A stretch of 46,807 nucleotides of DNA from a virus. This document shows positions 25,141 through 33,624 of this stretch, in pieces. The DNA is taken from the IMG/VR virus record IMGVR_UViG_3300013022_000001, positions 1-46,807 of that record; one strand, 5' to 3'. Within the stretch, counting starts at the first letter, position 1. Every line of letters begins with the position of its first letter. A program made the position numbers and the translations under genes. Below the pieces are notes generated by a model that had not been told where the DNA came from, ran no database searches, and saw only the letters and a program-made list of their open reading frames with translations.

Positions 25141-25644
25141 CTATAAATTTTGGAAACCATCATAGATTTCCTTTAGATGGCCACGCAATTCCATTCTCCT
25201 TAATGCTGAAAGCATATAGTCGCACTCGACCTGCTTATTACCCTTAAATGCTTTGCATTCGTCACTTGCCCACAAAATATTTCCTGTCGGCCAGCCCTGA
25301 ACCTTTCGCACCTTACCATTAACAACATGCAGCAATCCCCAGCCAGCAGGTAAATCTTCAACGTTAATTATGCCCGGCTCGCTAATGAAGAATCGCCAGT
25401 CTCCCATGCCAATATCAGGGTTTAGCCTGAATCGTTTTTTTCGGTCAGTCAGTAAATCTGAACGGGAGCATTTTGCTTCAATAAGGCAGGATGCATTATT
25501 TCTAAATCCCATTGCGTCTGGCTGCTCACCTGTGAAAGTCACAGCCTTAAAGCGATCATGAAAACAAACTTTAAAACCATTTTTCTTAAGAAAATTATAG
25601 GCAATATGGCATAAATCGTTATGTGATAATTTTACATTTTCCAT
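25141..25644 (-). CDS. PD-(D/E)xK nuclease, MmcB-like
   Basis: Motif PDAMGF ... CLIEAKCSRSDLLTDRKK. Confidence 0.55.
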   Translation of the reverse strand: MENVKLSHNDLCHIAYNFLKKNGFKVCFHDRFKAVTFTGEQPDAMGFRNNASCLIEAKCSRSDLLTDRKKRFRLNPDIGMGDWRFFISEPGIINVEDLPAGWGLLHVVNGKVRKVQGWPTGNILWASDECKAFKGNKQVECDYMLSALRRMELRGHLKEIYDGFQNL

Positions 25645-27200
25645 TATTTCAACCTCGGACTAATATAAACCTTACCTTTACTCACAACGCAATACCCTGC
25701 AACTTCCATGCCTGGCAAAACCACATCCTTTAGCCTTGCGTAAAGCTGGGGTATTCCACTAAATGGCTTGACCTTTTTGATTGAATCATAAATCCACTTA
25801 ACTGTAACCACATCTCTCTTCTGCTGAATCTGCTTGCGTAGCCGCTCAGAAATCAGTTCAGTCTCTGACTTCTCACCAGCATATCCGCGTGACTCAACAG
25901 CATCAGTGAACGTCTTGGTCAGCGCCTCATAAACAGCGATGGCGCGACTCATGCTATCGTCATTTATTGTAAATGACCTCTTGCCACCATCATTCCAGTT
26001 ATCGGCAACGTGAAATATCGCAGCCAGGCGCGTGATGTGTTTGTCAGCCTTCCCCATCGCGCCGCGCAGCAATGCATGCTCCCATTTCCCGCCGTCTCGA
26101 AAGTTTTCCTCCCACCGGTCACGGTGCATAGCCAGCATCTTTTGTGCCATTTTGCTGAGCTTGAGTTTAACCTGCCCAGCTTCGATAATGGCATGAACAA
26201 ATCTTGCATACTCCGCCTTCAGTTCTGCGGACACTGGCTCATATGCTGGCCTGTCATTGTCATAGTCCCAGTGCTTGCGCTGTCCAATCATTGGAGGCTC
26301 ACGCAGCATAAGGAATCGCTCAGTCAGACCATTTCCGCGCTCACCGGCAGAAAGAATTGATTCAATGCTCTCATCCTGAGCGATTACCGAGATGTTTCCC
26401 AGGATGTTGCCAGATGAAATGCCGCGACCGATACGGGCTGTACCAACAAACCCACCATCCCAGCCCTTCAGCACGATTTCGGCGTTGGATTTTGAACCGT
26501 CTGCACCATAAGACAACCCCAGTGCCGTGTTGAGTGCTGTGGCCTCATCGGAAATGATGCTGAAAAAACCACCTTCCGCATTCGCAATAAGCTGGATTGC
26601 CTCCGGCGTTCCATCGGTAACCGGGTAGGTTATCGGGTAAATTTTCTCAAGCTTTTCATTCTCCCTCGCCATGTCATCTGACAATGCCTGTTTCTCATTC
26701 TGGTTAGTTGCCTCTTTGTATGTTTTCTTCAGCTCTTCAAGTCGGAAGTTAATCTTGGCGATCTGCTTAATGGCCTTTTCGCTTATCCGGTCAAATTCAG
26801 CCTTGATTGGCATGACGTGCATTGAGTTAACCGCAGATTTACCCGATGATGGAGGCTGAGACGTAACAACGTACATAGAAATTGGCAGCTCCGTTCCATG
26901 GTACTCAACCGTGAAATTGCGCGCCATAGCGCTTGAAACACATCCAATCAGGTGCATGAATGATGTGTTTGGCGGGAACTGAACCGACCTTGCAACTGAC
27001 AATGCGTATCGACTTAAAAGGTCTTTTCTGCTTTCGCTGGTCAGTGAAATTGTCGAATATGTCTCTCCGCCATCGGATGGATTCTCCTGAATCTCAGGCC
27101 ACATATTGTAGTTTGGCGAGATTTCATAGCTGATTGCAACTGCCGCCGCAGTCCTTCCTGTCGAGGCTGCTTCTGTGAAAATTTCCTGCGCTGATTTCAT
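25644..27200 (-). CDS. DUF3987-like P-loop protein (putative replicative helicase/loader)
   Basis: Walker-A-like PPSSGKSA. Its size and its position next to the origin-like region support the call. The family assignment is from memory. Confidence 0.5.
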   Translation of the reverse strand: MKSAQEIFTEAASTGRTAAAVAISYEISPNYNMWPEIQENPSDGGETYSTISLTSESRKDLLSRYALSVARSVQFPPNTSFMHLIGCVSSAMARNFTVEYHGTELPISMYVVTSQPPSSGKSAVNSMHVMPIKAEFDRISEKAIKQIAKINFRLEELKKTYKEATNQNEKQALSDDMARENEKLEKIYPITYPVTDGTPEAIQLIANAEGGFFSIISDEATALNTALGLSYGADGSKSNAEIVLKGWDGGFVGTARIGRGISSGNILGNISVIAQDESIESILSAGERGNGLTERFLMLREPPMIGQRKHWDYDNDRPAYEPVSAELKAEYARFVHAIIEAGQVKLKLSKMAQKMLAMHRDRWEENFRDGGKWEHALLRGAMGKADKHITRLAAIFHVADNWNDGGKRSFTINDDSMSRAIAVYEALTKTFTDAVESRGYAGEKSETELISERLRKQIQQKRDVVTVKWIYDSIKKVKPFSGIPQLYARLKDVVLPGMEVAGYCVVSKGKVYISPRLK

Positions 27201-27460
27201 TTTTCACCCTTGTAAATGACGAGAACACCGGATTCCATTTTTTTTGTTCTGACCATGACTTTAAGTGAGTAGCAGGTGCCTCTTATCCTTGCTGAAATCT
27301 GCCTTGCCGTAAGGCCTTCGCGTAATGGGTAAATGAATGATTCTCCAGGAATCATGACGGAAAACTGGTTGCGCAATTCATTCGTCATGCCGCATGTGCT
27401 CTTTGTTTTCCGCTCAGAAACGAGATTTCTCGTCTGCGCCACGCTTAACTTTTCAAACAT
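27197..27460 (-). CDS. Hypothetical basic protein, 87 aa, first gene next to the origin-like region
   Basis: Inner ATG of ORF 27197..27565, preceded by aaggagg. ATGA overlap with the next gene. Confidence 0.6.
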   Translation of the reverse strand: MFEKLSVAQTRNLVSERKTKSTCGMTNELRNQFSVMIPGESFIYPLREGLTARQISARIRGTCYSLKVMVRTKKMESGVLVIYKGEK

Positions 27461-27519
27461 GTATTCCTCCTTATCTTTACCCATACTAACCCATCCTTTA
27501 TCTCTCTGAAAACAGTTTT

Positions 27520-27830
27520 TTCGCATTGGGGTGCGGGGTGAGGCAGGGGTTTTGGCTAACCCCACGTTATGTATATGATTTTAATATTAAAAATGATATT
27601 GGGGTAAATGGGGTGGGTTTCTTAATAATATTATCATTTTTCTTTCGTAAAAATTTGGCACCCGTAATTTTGTTTTTCTTTTTTATATTAATAGTAAAAT
27701 TACAATATAACCCCCCCCATTACCCCATATATATACTATGTTATTGTAATTATTATACTTATTAGCAAAAAAATTGGGGTGGATAGACTATACCCAGCAC
27801 CCACCCCACACACCCAAAGTTACCCCGCCC
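27520..27830. other. Putative origin of replication: inverted GGGGT/ACCCC iterons flanking an AT-rich core
   Basis: GGGGT at 27528, 27535, 27546, 27601, 27610 and 27776. ACCCC at 27559, 27722, 27803 and 27822. C8 run at 27711-27718. AT-rich core at about 27615-27775. No credible ORF. Confidence 0.5.
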
Positions 27831-27873
27831 ACCATCCGGCCGTCATCGGCTAATTTATTTTTAATCACGCCTA

Positions 27874-27902
27874 TTGACGTAGATATCCATGAGTAGTAGA
27901 TT
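27874..27902 (+). promoter_or_regulatory. Promoter TTGACG-17-TAGATT for the early rightward operon
   Basis: ttgacg tagatatccatgagtag tagatt. TGACGTAGAT box at 27875-27884. Confidence 0.65.
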
Positions 27903-27940
27903 TAACTCATCGAAAGCAGGCAACCTGATGAGGTATCAAA

Positions 27941-28282
27941 ATGAAAGCAGCAATTCTTATCATGGCAATGACAGCAACGCCAGCTATCGCAGCAAAGACT
28001 TACATCTGCGATGGGTCAACAGCAAAAACCCTGGCCGACGGCAGCATGGTTGAATCAACATTCGTCACAGCGCCAAACACCCTGACCGTTATCGACATGG
28101 GTGATTCATTCATCGTTAGCGACCTTGCAGCTACCGCAGTAATCGCAAGCCCCAAGTTGAATTCTCGTGGCATGGCATTCCGTGGCAATAACGGTTTCGC
28201 AAAAGACAAATTCGGCTACTACGTCACTTCGCCAGGCATCATCAATGCGGCACTGAACTGCAAACCGGTGGTTAAATCATGA
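27941..28282 (+). CDS. Secreted/periplasmic protein, 113 aa
   Basis: Sec-type signal peptide MKAAILIMAMTATPAIA-AK. Confidence 0.65.
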   Translation: MKAAILIMAMTATPAIAAKTYICDGSTAKTLADGSMVESTFVTAPNTLTVIDMGDSFIVSDLAATAVIASPKLNSRGMAFRGNNGFAKDKFGYYVTSPGIINAALNCKPVVKS

Positions 28283-28368
28283 TGGTAAGCAATGAAATGG
28301 TTTGGTTGATCTTCGCAGCTTTCTGTACCGCTGTGTGGTGGATTGTTTCGTTAATTATGCTGGGGTGA
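28279..28368 (+). CDS. Hydrophobic micro-protein, 29 aa
   Basis: ATGA overlap with the previous stop. Single TM segment (VWLIFAAFCTAVWWIVSLIML). Not in the ORF track. Confidence 0.4.
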   Translation: MMVSNEMVWLIFAAFCTAVWWIVSLIMLG

Positions 28369-28371
28369 GAT

Positions 28372-28542
28372 ATGTCAGTTTATAAAAATTCAGACCTGGA
28401 AGCAGAGCGTGGATTCGTTGGTTCACAAAACGAATTGCAGAGACTGACTGACCGACATTTGCAACATGGCGGAAAGGTGGTGCGTGACATCAAATTTAAC
28501 GCATCTGGAAAGCGCTACATTGAACGCATAAAATTATCCTAG
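28372..28542 (+). CDS. Hypothetical protein, 56 aa
   Basis: It fills the gap between neighbouring genes. Weak RBS ggggtgag. Not in the ORF track. Confidence 0.45.
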   Translation: MSVYKNSDLEAERGFVGSQNELQRLTDRHLQHGGKVVRDIKFNASGKRYIERIKLS

Positions 28543-28555
28543 CAAGAGGTGGGTT

Positions 28556-28756
28556 ATGGTCATAAAACGCCGCACAATCGCTGCCAGCTCGTTACGTGAG
28601 GGCATGCTGGTTGATTTCGAAGATGGAGAACCAGCAATCGCATCAAATGTAAGGCATCTGCTCCACAAGGTTTCATTCGATGCTCGTGGTGACAGCTTCT
28701 CGGTTGATAAAGATGAGCAGCTTGTCACAGTACTTATGATGCGCGTGGTGGGGTGA
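28556..28756 (+). CDS. Hypothetical protein, 66 aa
   Basis: RBS agaggtggg; ORF track. Confidence 0.6.
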   Translation: MVIKRRTIAASSLREGMLVDFEDGEPAIASNVRHLLHKVSFDARGDSFSVDKDEQLVTVLMMRVVG

Positions 28757-28759
28757 ATC

Positions 28760-29134
28760 ATGTTAGGTACAGATGCAGTACGCAGAATTGAGCGCATGAA
28801 CGCCATGATGGAGCGCGAGCGCAAAGAACACGAAGGTAAATTGCCTTCATGCCCTCGCAAATCTGGACAGTGGGGAAGTCATCCAAACAATACCGGCCTT
28901 GCCGGTATAACTGAGGTGAATAAAAGATTCAGGGCTGTAATTTACAGCCCTGAATTCCCCAGAAGCGGTAAGTATCTTGGACTGTTCGAAAACATTCACA
29001 GCGCAGTAGATATTATTTGCAGAACTGCTAAAATAAAACCTCTCGACATTGCAGGCATGACTGCTGATGGATGGGAGAAGATTAAGCAGCAGCCAATCAT
29101 TAAAAATAAACGTTATGGGGTGAGAAATGGTTAA
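28760..29134 (+). CDS. Hypothetical protein with a possible AP2-like DNA-binding segment, 124 aa
   Basis: GITEVNKRFRAVIYSPEFPRSGKYLGLFENIHSAVD resembles the AP2 fold pattern. Weak, from memory. Confidence 0.55.
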   Translation: MLGTDAVRRIERMNAMMERERKEHEGKLPSCPRKSGQWGSHPNNTGLAGITEVNKRFRAVIYSPEFPRSGKYLGLFENIHSAVDIICRTAKIKPLDIAGMTADGWEKIKQQPIIKNKRYGVRNG

Positions 29135-29173
29135 TTTAATCGTGGTGTCTGTAGCGGATTCAGGAGAAGGGAA

Positions 29174-29596
29174 ATGATTAAGCGATATGACCACGGTGTT
29201 GCACACGGGGATTCTCAGATTCCTGAATCTTTCATGTGCTTAAGTGAGAAAGGTGCATATGTGGATTACGAAGACTACGCCGAATTGCAGCAGAAGCTGG
29301 ATGCGATGGCGGCAGTAGCAATCCCTGAAGGCTACGTGCTGGTTCCTCAGAGCATGAATATTTCAGCCGATGCAATGGAATCCATTTGCTTCCACGGCGG
29401 TGACGGCGGCGGCCAATTCGGTGAATTCACTGACGTAATTTTATGGGTTGGCGATATTGAAAATGATGACGGCACAAAAACATACGGGCTTAAAATCACC
29501 ACCGCTGAATATCCAGAAGAAGGCAGCGCCAATATCAGCGAATTTGCAGAACCTGTTCGCTCCGGCACCCATGACACTGCGGATAAGGCGGGTTGA
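29174..29596 (+). CDS. Hypothetical acidic protein, 140 aa
   Basis: RBS aggagaaggg; ORF track. Confidence 0.65.
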   Translation: MIKRYDHGVAHGDSQIPESFMCLSEKGAYVDYEDYAELQQKLDAMAAVAIPEGYVLVPQSMNISADAMESICFHGGDGGGQFGEFTDVILWVGDIENDDGTKTYGLKITTAEYPEEGSANISEFAEPVRSGTHDTADKAG

Positions 29597-29597
29597 T

Positions 29598-29807
29598 ATG
29601 CAAGATTTAAGAATTGGAACAGTAATAATCACCAAAAGCAACGGCACCTATTTTACAGATGGTGATGCATTCCCTTGCTACGTGGACAGGGATGCAGAGG
29701 CTTATATCGTTGAATCATACGATTCAGATGAACCCTGCGAGCACGCTATATGCGACCTTATAGCAGATGGAATTGAATATAAATTCGAGGCCAGCCATGA
29801 CAACTAA
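29598..29807 (+). CDS. Hypothetical protein, 69 aa
   Basis: Inner ATG (M51) of ORF 29448..29807, 1 nt after the previous stop. Confidence 0.55.
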   Translation: MQDLRIGTVIITKSNGTYFTDGDAFPCYVDRDAEAYIVESYDSDEPCEHAICDLIADGIEYKFEASHDN

Positions 29808-30246
29808 TTCCCCCAATCCAGTTGATGGTGATGTGCAGGCGCTGATTCGCAATATTCAGCGCAGAATAAAAAACACTAAGCGCTGGCTTTCAGCAAACAA
29901 GTCTATTGGCAATCCTGAAAGCGAAGCAGTTGAGCTGATTTTGATTTATGAAACAGCACTCGCAGCGCTGACGGCTGAGCCTGTTTATCAAATGCGATTG
30001 TTAGATGGTGGCGACAATGAATCGGAGTGGATTGAGGTTAGTCTGGACGAGTTTAATACCCAAACAACAGAAAAATACGGTAAGTGGGAGCGTCGCACCC
30101 TCTACACCACCCCACCCGCTCATCTTTTGCGCCCGGTGGAGTTGCCGGATTGTGTTGATGACTTGCACGGAATTGGCCCGGTTATGTCAGCAGATGCAGT
30201 GGTAGAAGCATTGCACCAGCAGGGCTACGAGGTTAAAAATGATTAA
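29797..30246 (+). CDS. Hypothetical protein, 149 aa
   Basis: Inner ATG (M11) of ORF 29767..30246. Confidence 0.6.
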   Translation: MTTNSPNPVDGDVQALIRNIQRRIKNTKRWLSANKSIGNPESEAVELILIYETALAALTAEPVYQMRLLDGGDNESEWIEVSLDEFNTQTTEKYGKWERRTLYTTPPAHLLRPVELPDCVDDLHGIGPVMSADAVVEALHQQGYEVKND

Positions 30247-30589
30247 GTTGCCGAGTGAAGTTGACTATTCTGATTTGGACATCACCAGTCAAGACCGCGA
30301 AATTATTGAGTCTATTGCAGAATGCAGGGGTTGGAACTCTTGCCTTGCCGAAGTCCAGCGCCTTAACTCCACCGCACAGCCTGTAAGCGATGGGTGGGTG
30401 AAGTGTAGTGACAGAATGCCGGCACAGCACCAGTCAAACCGATATGTTCCTCTTAATTTACTTCTGAAAGAAAGAACTGTCGTTCAGGGTGGCTTCGATG
30501 ACGGTGAATTCTGGATGGAGGGTGTGGTTATAAAGAACGTCACGCGCTGGATGCCACTACCAGCAGCGCCGGGAGGTCAGGATGATTAG
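30239..30589 (+). CDS. DUF551-like protein (paralogue 1)
   Basis: GWVKCSDRMP ... VTRWMPLPAAP. Confidence 0.6.
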   Translation: MIKLPSEVDYSDLDITSQDREIIESIAECRGWNSCLAEVQRLNSTAQPVSDGWVKCSDRMPAQHQSNRYVPLNLLLKERTVVQGGFDDGEFWMEGVVIKNVTRWMPLPAAPGGQDD

Positions 30590-30827
30590 TGATGAGCGGC
30601 TGGAAGAGGTGATCAATGGCGACATTCTATTCACTGATGAGCAGCGAGAAATGGCAAAAGAGCTTATGGCTTATCGGCAGGCGCTTAGTGAGCCGGTAGC
30701 ATTCACTGCTATGAGCAATGTAAATGAACTCAGCCGCGGGGTTAGCTACATGTGGCGACCGGGAAACGAAAAGCCAACTGACGTTGCCCTTTACCGAAAA
30801 CCAACCATACCCGAGCAGGAGATTTAA
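30582..30827 (+). CDS. Hypothetical protein, 81 aa
   Basis: ORF track; overlaps the previous gene. Confidence 0.6.
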   Translation: MISDERLEEVINGDILFTDEQREMAKELMAYRQALSEPVAFTAMSNVNELSRGVSYMWRPGNEKPTDVALYRKPTIPEQEI

Positions 30828-30990
30828 AATAAACAATAAGCATGAGGTCTGGCAGGCCGCAAAGGGATGCGGTCTTGACCAGTTCATAGCTAAGGTTGCC
30901 AAAGCATTTCCTGATGCTATTGATGGAGTCAGAATCGACACGCCAGGGAAGACATTCTGGCATATTCAGTCAAAAGGAAAGCCTCGCTAA
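30784..30990 (+). CDS. Possible 68-aa protein without a canonical start
   Basis: The open frame runs to the terminator, but no ATG or GTG lies after 30827. TTG 30784 is the only in-frame candidate and its RBS is poor. Confidence 0.25.
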   Translation: MPFTENQPYPSRRFKINNKHEVWQAAKGCGLDQFIAKVAKAFPDAIDGVRIDTPGKTFWHIQSKGKPR

Positions 30991-31002
30991 GCGGGGTTTT
31001 TT
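30982..31002 (+). terminator. Rho-independent terminator ending the early operon
   Basis: cctcgc taa gcgggg followed by TTTTTT. Confidence 0.7.
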
Positions 31003-31008
31003 GTTATG

Positions 31009-31017
31009 TGGTAAACT
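31009..31017 (+). promoter_or_regulatory. Extended -10 promoter TGgTAAACT for terS-terL
   Basis: It lies immediately after the terminator. It overlaps an AAACTACGTCAA box (31012-31023), which also occurs at 33693-33704. Confidence 0.4.
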
Positions 31018-31059
31018 ACGTCAATACAGATAAATTACTGACTTTGATAGGTTTAATCT

Positions 31060-31482
31060 ATGGCTAAACATCAGTTCGGACAGGACAATCAACCAACAAA
31101 ACGTCGCGGGAAAGCGAAAAACACTCTTTTCATTGAGGCATTGCAGCGCAAGGGGCTGACTGAGCAGGATTTGTACGACGCAATTGTTGACCTTGCAATC
31201 AATCATCGCGATGCATCGATGATGAAGGAGCTTATCGTTCGCTTCAGCCCACTACCAAAACCAGTGGCACCAACGTTTGAAGTCGATTTCCCTGATGAGG
31301 GAACTGCGGTAGAGAAAATTGACGCGGTGATTCGTGGTATTGCTACTGGCATCATTCCGGCTGACCTTGGCAAGACCTTTGCTGAGGTTGTGCGTGTTGG
31401 GCTTGATGTTCGTGAAGTAACTGAGCTTGCCGCGCGCCTTGAGCGTCTGGAGAAATTACTGGAGGAGCAGGGTAATGTCTAA
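31060..31482 (+). CDS. terS: Terminase small subunit (putative)
   Basis: Located directly upstream of terL. Basic N-terminus (KRRGKAKN) and C-terminal coiled coil. Confidence 0.5.
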   Translation: MAKHQFGQDNQPTKRRGKAKNTLFIEALQRKGLTEQDLYDAIVDLAINHRDASMMKELIVRFSPLPKPVAPTFEVDFPDEGTAVEKIDAVIRGIATGIIPADLGKTFAEVVRVGLDVREVTELAARLERLEKLLEEQGNV

Positions 31483-31687
31483 ATCATTCAAATGGTGCAT
31501 CATGTTAATGCAAGCCATTTCAATCGCATTCTCCATTTCATCCGGCACCATAATCGGCAGTGACAATCATCCTGACATGGGCGCATTGGCCTGGGCAGGC
31601 ATGTTTATTATTATTTCATATCAGGTTATGTGGCTATCAGCCAAAGAATCACGCCGCTCAATGATGCGTGGTGCAAATGCCCCGTAA
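31475..31687 (+). CDS. Two-TM membrane protein, 70 aa, between terS and terL
   Basis: Inner ATG with RBS ggaggagcaggg. It overlaps both terminase genes. Confidence 0.5.
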   Translation: MSKSFKWCIMLMQAISIAFSISSGTIIGSDNHPDMGALAWAGMFIIISYQVMWLSAKESRRSMMRGANAP

Positions 31688-33098
31688 GCGTCTGTCCGCC
31701 ATCGCCATCGAAAAGCTTGAGCAGGCCATTGGCGATGCTGCCAATGATGGCGCTACGAGCGCTGTGTTCGGCATTTGCAACATGCAGAAGGAGGTTGTGC
31801 GCAAGTTGCGCATGACGGCGGACGGTGTGACTGATGTGAGCAATGAGGATTGCGATGCTGACCACCTGATTCCTGAGCGGCTTGAAAAGCTGCTTTACCC
31901 CAAGAGATTTAAATTTATTTTCGGCGGGCGCGGTTCGGGCAAGACGCGCACAATCACCACCATCATTACCGAGCGCGCAAGGTTTCGTCCTGACCGTATC
32001 GCATGCTTTCGTGAAATACAACAGTCCATTGAGGACAGCTCTTACCAGGAACTGGTAGACGAGATAAACCGCAAGGGTGAACTAAAAGAGTTCCGCGTTA
32101 TCAACAACGAAATTACGCACAAGAACACAAAGGCCAAGTTCCGTTTTAAGGGTCTGTACCGTAATCAGACAACCGTGAAGGGATTTGCCGGTATCACGCT
32201 AGGGTGGGTCGAGGAAGCAGAGAACGTCAGCCAGGTGAGTTGGGACATTCTTGAGCCAACGATTCGCGCGGCCAACTCCGAGCTGTGGTGCTCTTTCAAC
32301 CCCAATAAAGAAACTGACCCGACCTGGTCCAACTGGATTGAGCCTTATCGCAGCCGGATGGTCAATGGCATCTACGAAGATGGTGAGATGCTCATCATTG
32401 AGTGTAACTACAGCGATAATCCGTGGTTCAGTGACACTCCGCTTCCGGCGTCAATGGAGCGCATGAAGTCCACTGACTACGACCGCTACCTCTGGATATG
32501 GGAGGGCAAATTCAATAAGCGCAGTGATGAGCAGGTGTTCGGCGGGAAGTGGCGCACGGACACATTCGAGCCACAGTCGCACTGGCACGGGCCATACTAT
32601 GGCATGGATTTCGGTTTCAGCCAGGACCCTACAGCTATGGTCGAAACATGGATTGAGGAGCTGCCATGCGAACGCCGGAAGGTTTACGTGCGACGCGAGT
32701 ATGGAAAGGTTGGCCTGGAGATTACAGACACGCCAACAGCGATGGTACAGTCATTCCCGGAGGCCAAGAAGCACAGATGGCATGGCGACTCATCTCGTCC
32801 CGAAATGATTAGCCACATCCGAAGGCAGGGCTTTGATATTCATCCGTGTAACAAATGGCCCGGCAGCGTCGAAGAGGGAGTAATGTGGCTGCGCGGTTGC
32901 GATGAGATTGTGATTCATGATGATTGCAAGCAGGTGAAGGAAGAGATGATGAATTACAGCTACAAGGTAGATAAGCTTACTGGCAATGTGCTAACTGATA
33001 TCGTTGATAAGTGGAACCACTTTATGGATGCACTTCGATATAGCCTCAATCAACACATCGTCCAACGTGGTGCGGGATGGATTCGCCGCAAGCGCTAG
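31677..33098 (+). CDS. terL: Terminase large subunit
   Basis: Walker A FGGRGSGKTR. Length and overall pattern fit PBSX-type large terminases. Confidence 0.9.
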   Translation: MPRKRLSAIAIEKLEQAIGDAANDGATSAVFGICNMQKEVVRKLRMTADGVTDVSNEDCDADHLIPERLEKLLYPKRFKFIFGGRGSGKTRTITTIITERARFRPDRIACFREIQQSIEDSSYQELVDEINRKGELKEFRVINNEITHKNTKAKFRFKGLYRNQTTVKGFAGITLGWVEEAENVSQVSWDILEPTIRAANSELWCSFNPNKETDPTWSNWIEPYRSRMVNGIYEDGEMLIIECNYSDNPWFSDTPLPASMERMKSTDYDRYLWIWEGKFNKRSDEQVFGGKWRTDTFEPQSHWHGPYYGMDFGFSQDPTAMVETWIEELPCERRKVYVRREYGKVGLEITDTPTAMVQSFPEAKKHRWHGDSSRPEMISHIRRQGFDIHPCNKWPGSVEEGVMWLRGCDEIVIHDDCKQVKEEMMNYSYKVDKLTGNVLTDIVDKWNHFMDALRYSLNQHIVQRGAGWIRRKR

Positions 33099-33598
33099 CA
33101 CTTATGGCCCATGGAGCGAAGTTTAGCGCACTGCTTTCTCACTGACTCAGTTGCGCGGCCAAGCTCTAAACCAATTTGCTTTTGGGTTGCGCCCTTGCTA
33201 CGCATATCAATAAGCCTGTCGTTATCACCATCGGTCCATTTATGATTAAGCACTGACAGGCTGATGCCATGACGCCTGGCGCGCTCCCTGACCGATGACT
33301 CAGCCATGCCCAGTATATCGCTCAATTCCCATAGCGGCTTAATACCCGCGTTTTTTATCAGGATGCGACGAATTGATTTGGTCTTGCTGATTGACTTCTT
33401 CTTAGCGGGCCAACGTTTCAGGTGATGGTCATGGTTGCGCTGCTTTATTGCATCTTTATTCTGCTCGCGATATGCATCCTTTGATGATTTTTCGCATGCC
33501 TTGCAGTAGCTGCGCAGGCCATCTTTGCGGCGACTGTCTTTGGTGAACTGCTCAGCGGGTTTTGATGATTCGCACCTGCTGCACTTCTTATCGCACAT
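33095..33598 (-). CDS. Zinc-ribbon plus double HTH DNA-binding protein (candidate regulator or nuclease-less homing-endonuclease relic), 167 aa
   Basis: CSRC...CKAC N-terminus typical of phage endonuclease DNA-binding modules. HTH-like LGMAESSVRERARRHG and ATQKQIGLELGRATESVRKQ. Confidence 0.6.
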   Translation of the reverse strand: MCDKKCSRCESSKPAEQFTKDSRRKDGLRSYCKACEKSSKDAYREQNKDAIKQRNHDHHLKRWPAKKKSISKTKSIRRILIKNAGIKPLWELSDILGMAESSVRERARRHGISLSVLNHKWTDGDNDRLIDMRSKGATQKQIGLELGRATESVRKQCAKLRSMGHKC

Positions 33599-33624
33599 AA
33601 CCACCTCACATTTAATTTAATCTA

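Noticed and set aside
27525-27615. TTGGGG(T) repeats resemble ciliate telomere repeats
   Set aside because: This is a coincidental resemblance. The context of divergent operons, an AT-rich core and an inverted arrangement fits a phage origin or iterons.
27526-27765. 79-aa ORF in the track (MGCGVRQGFW...YYTY)
   Set aside because: It lies entirely in the iteron/AT-rich origin-like region. It uses a TTG start with no RBS, and its composition is low-complexity Phe/Ile/Tyr driven by AT richness.
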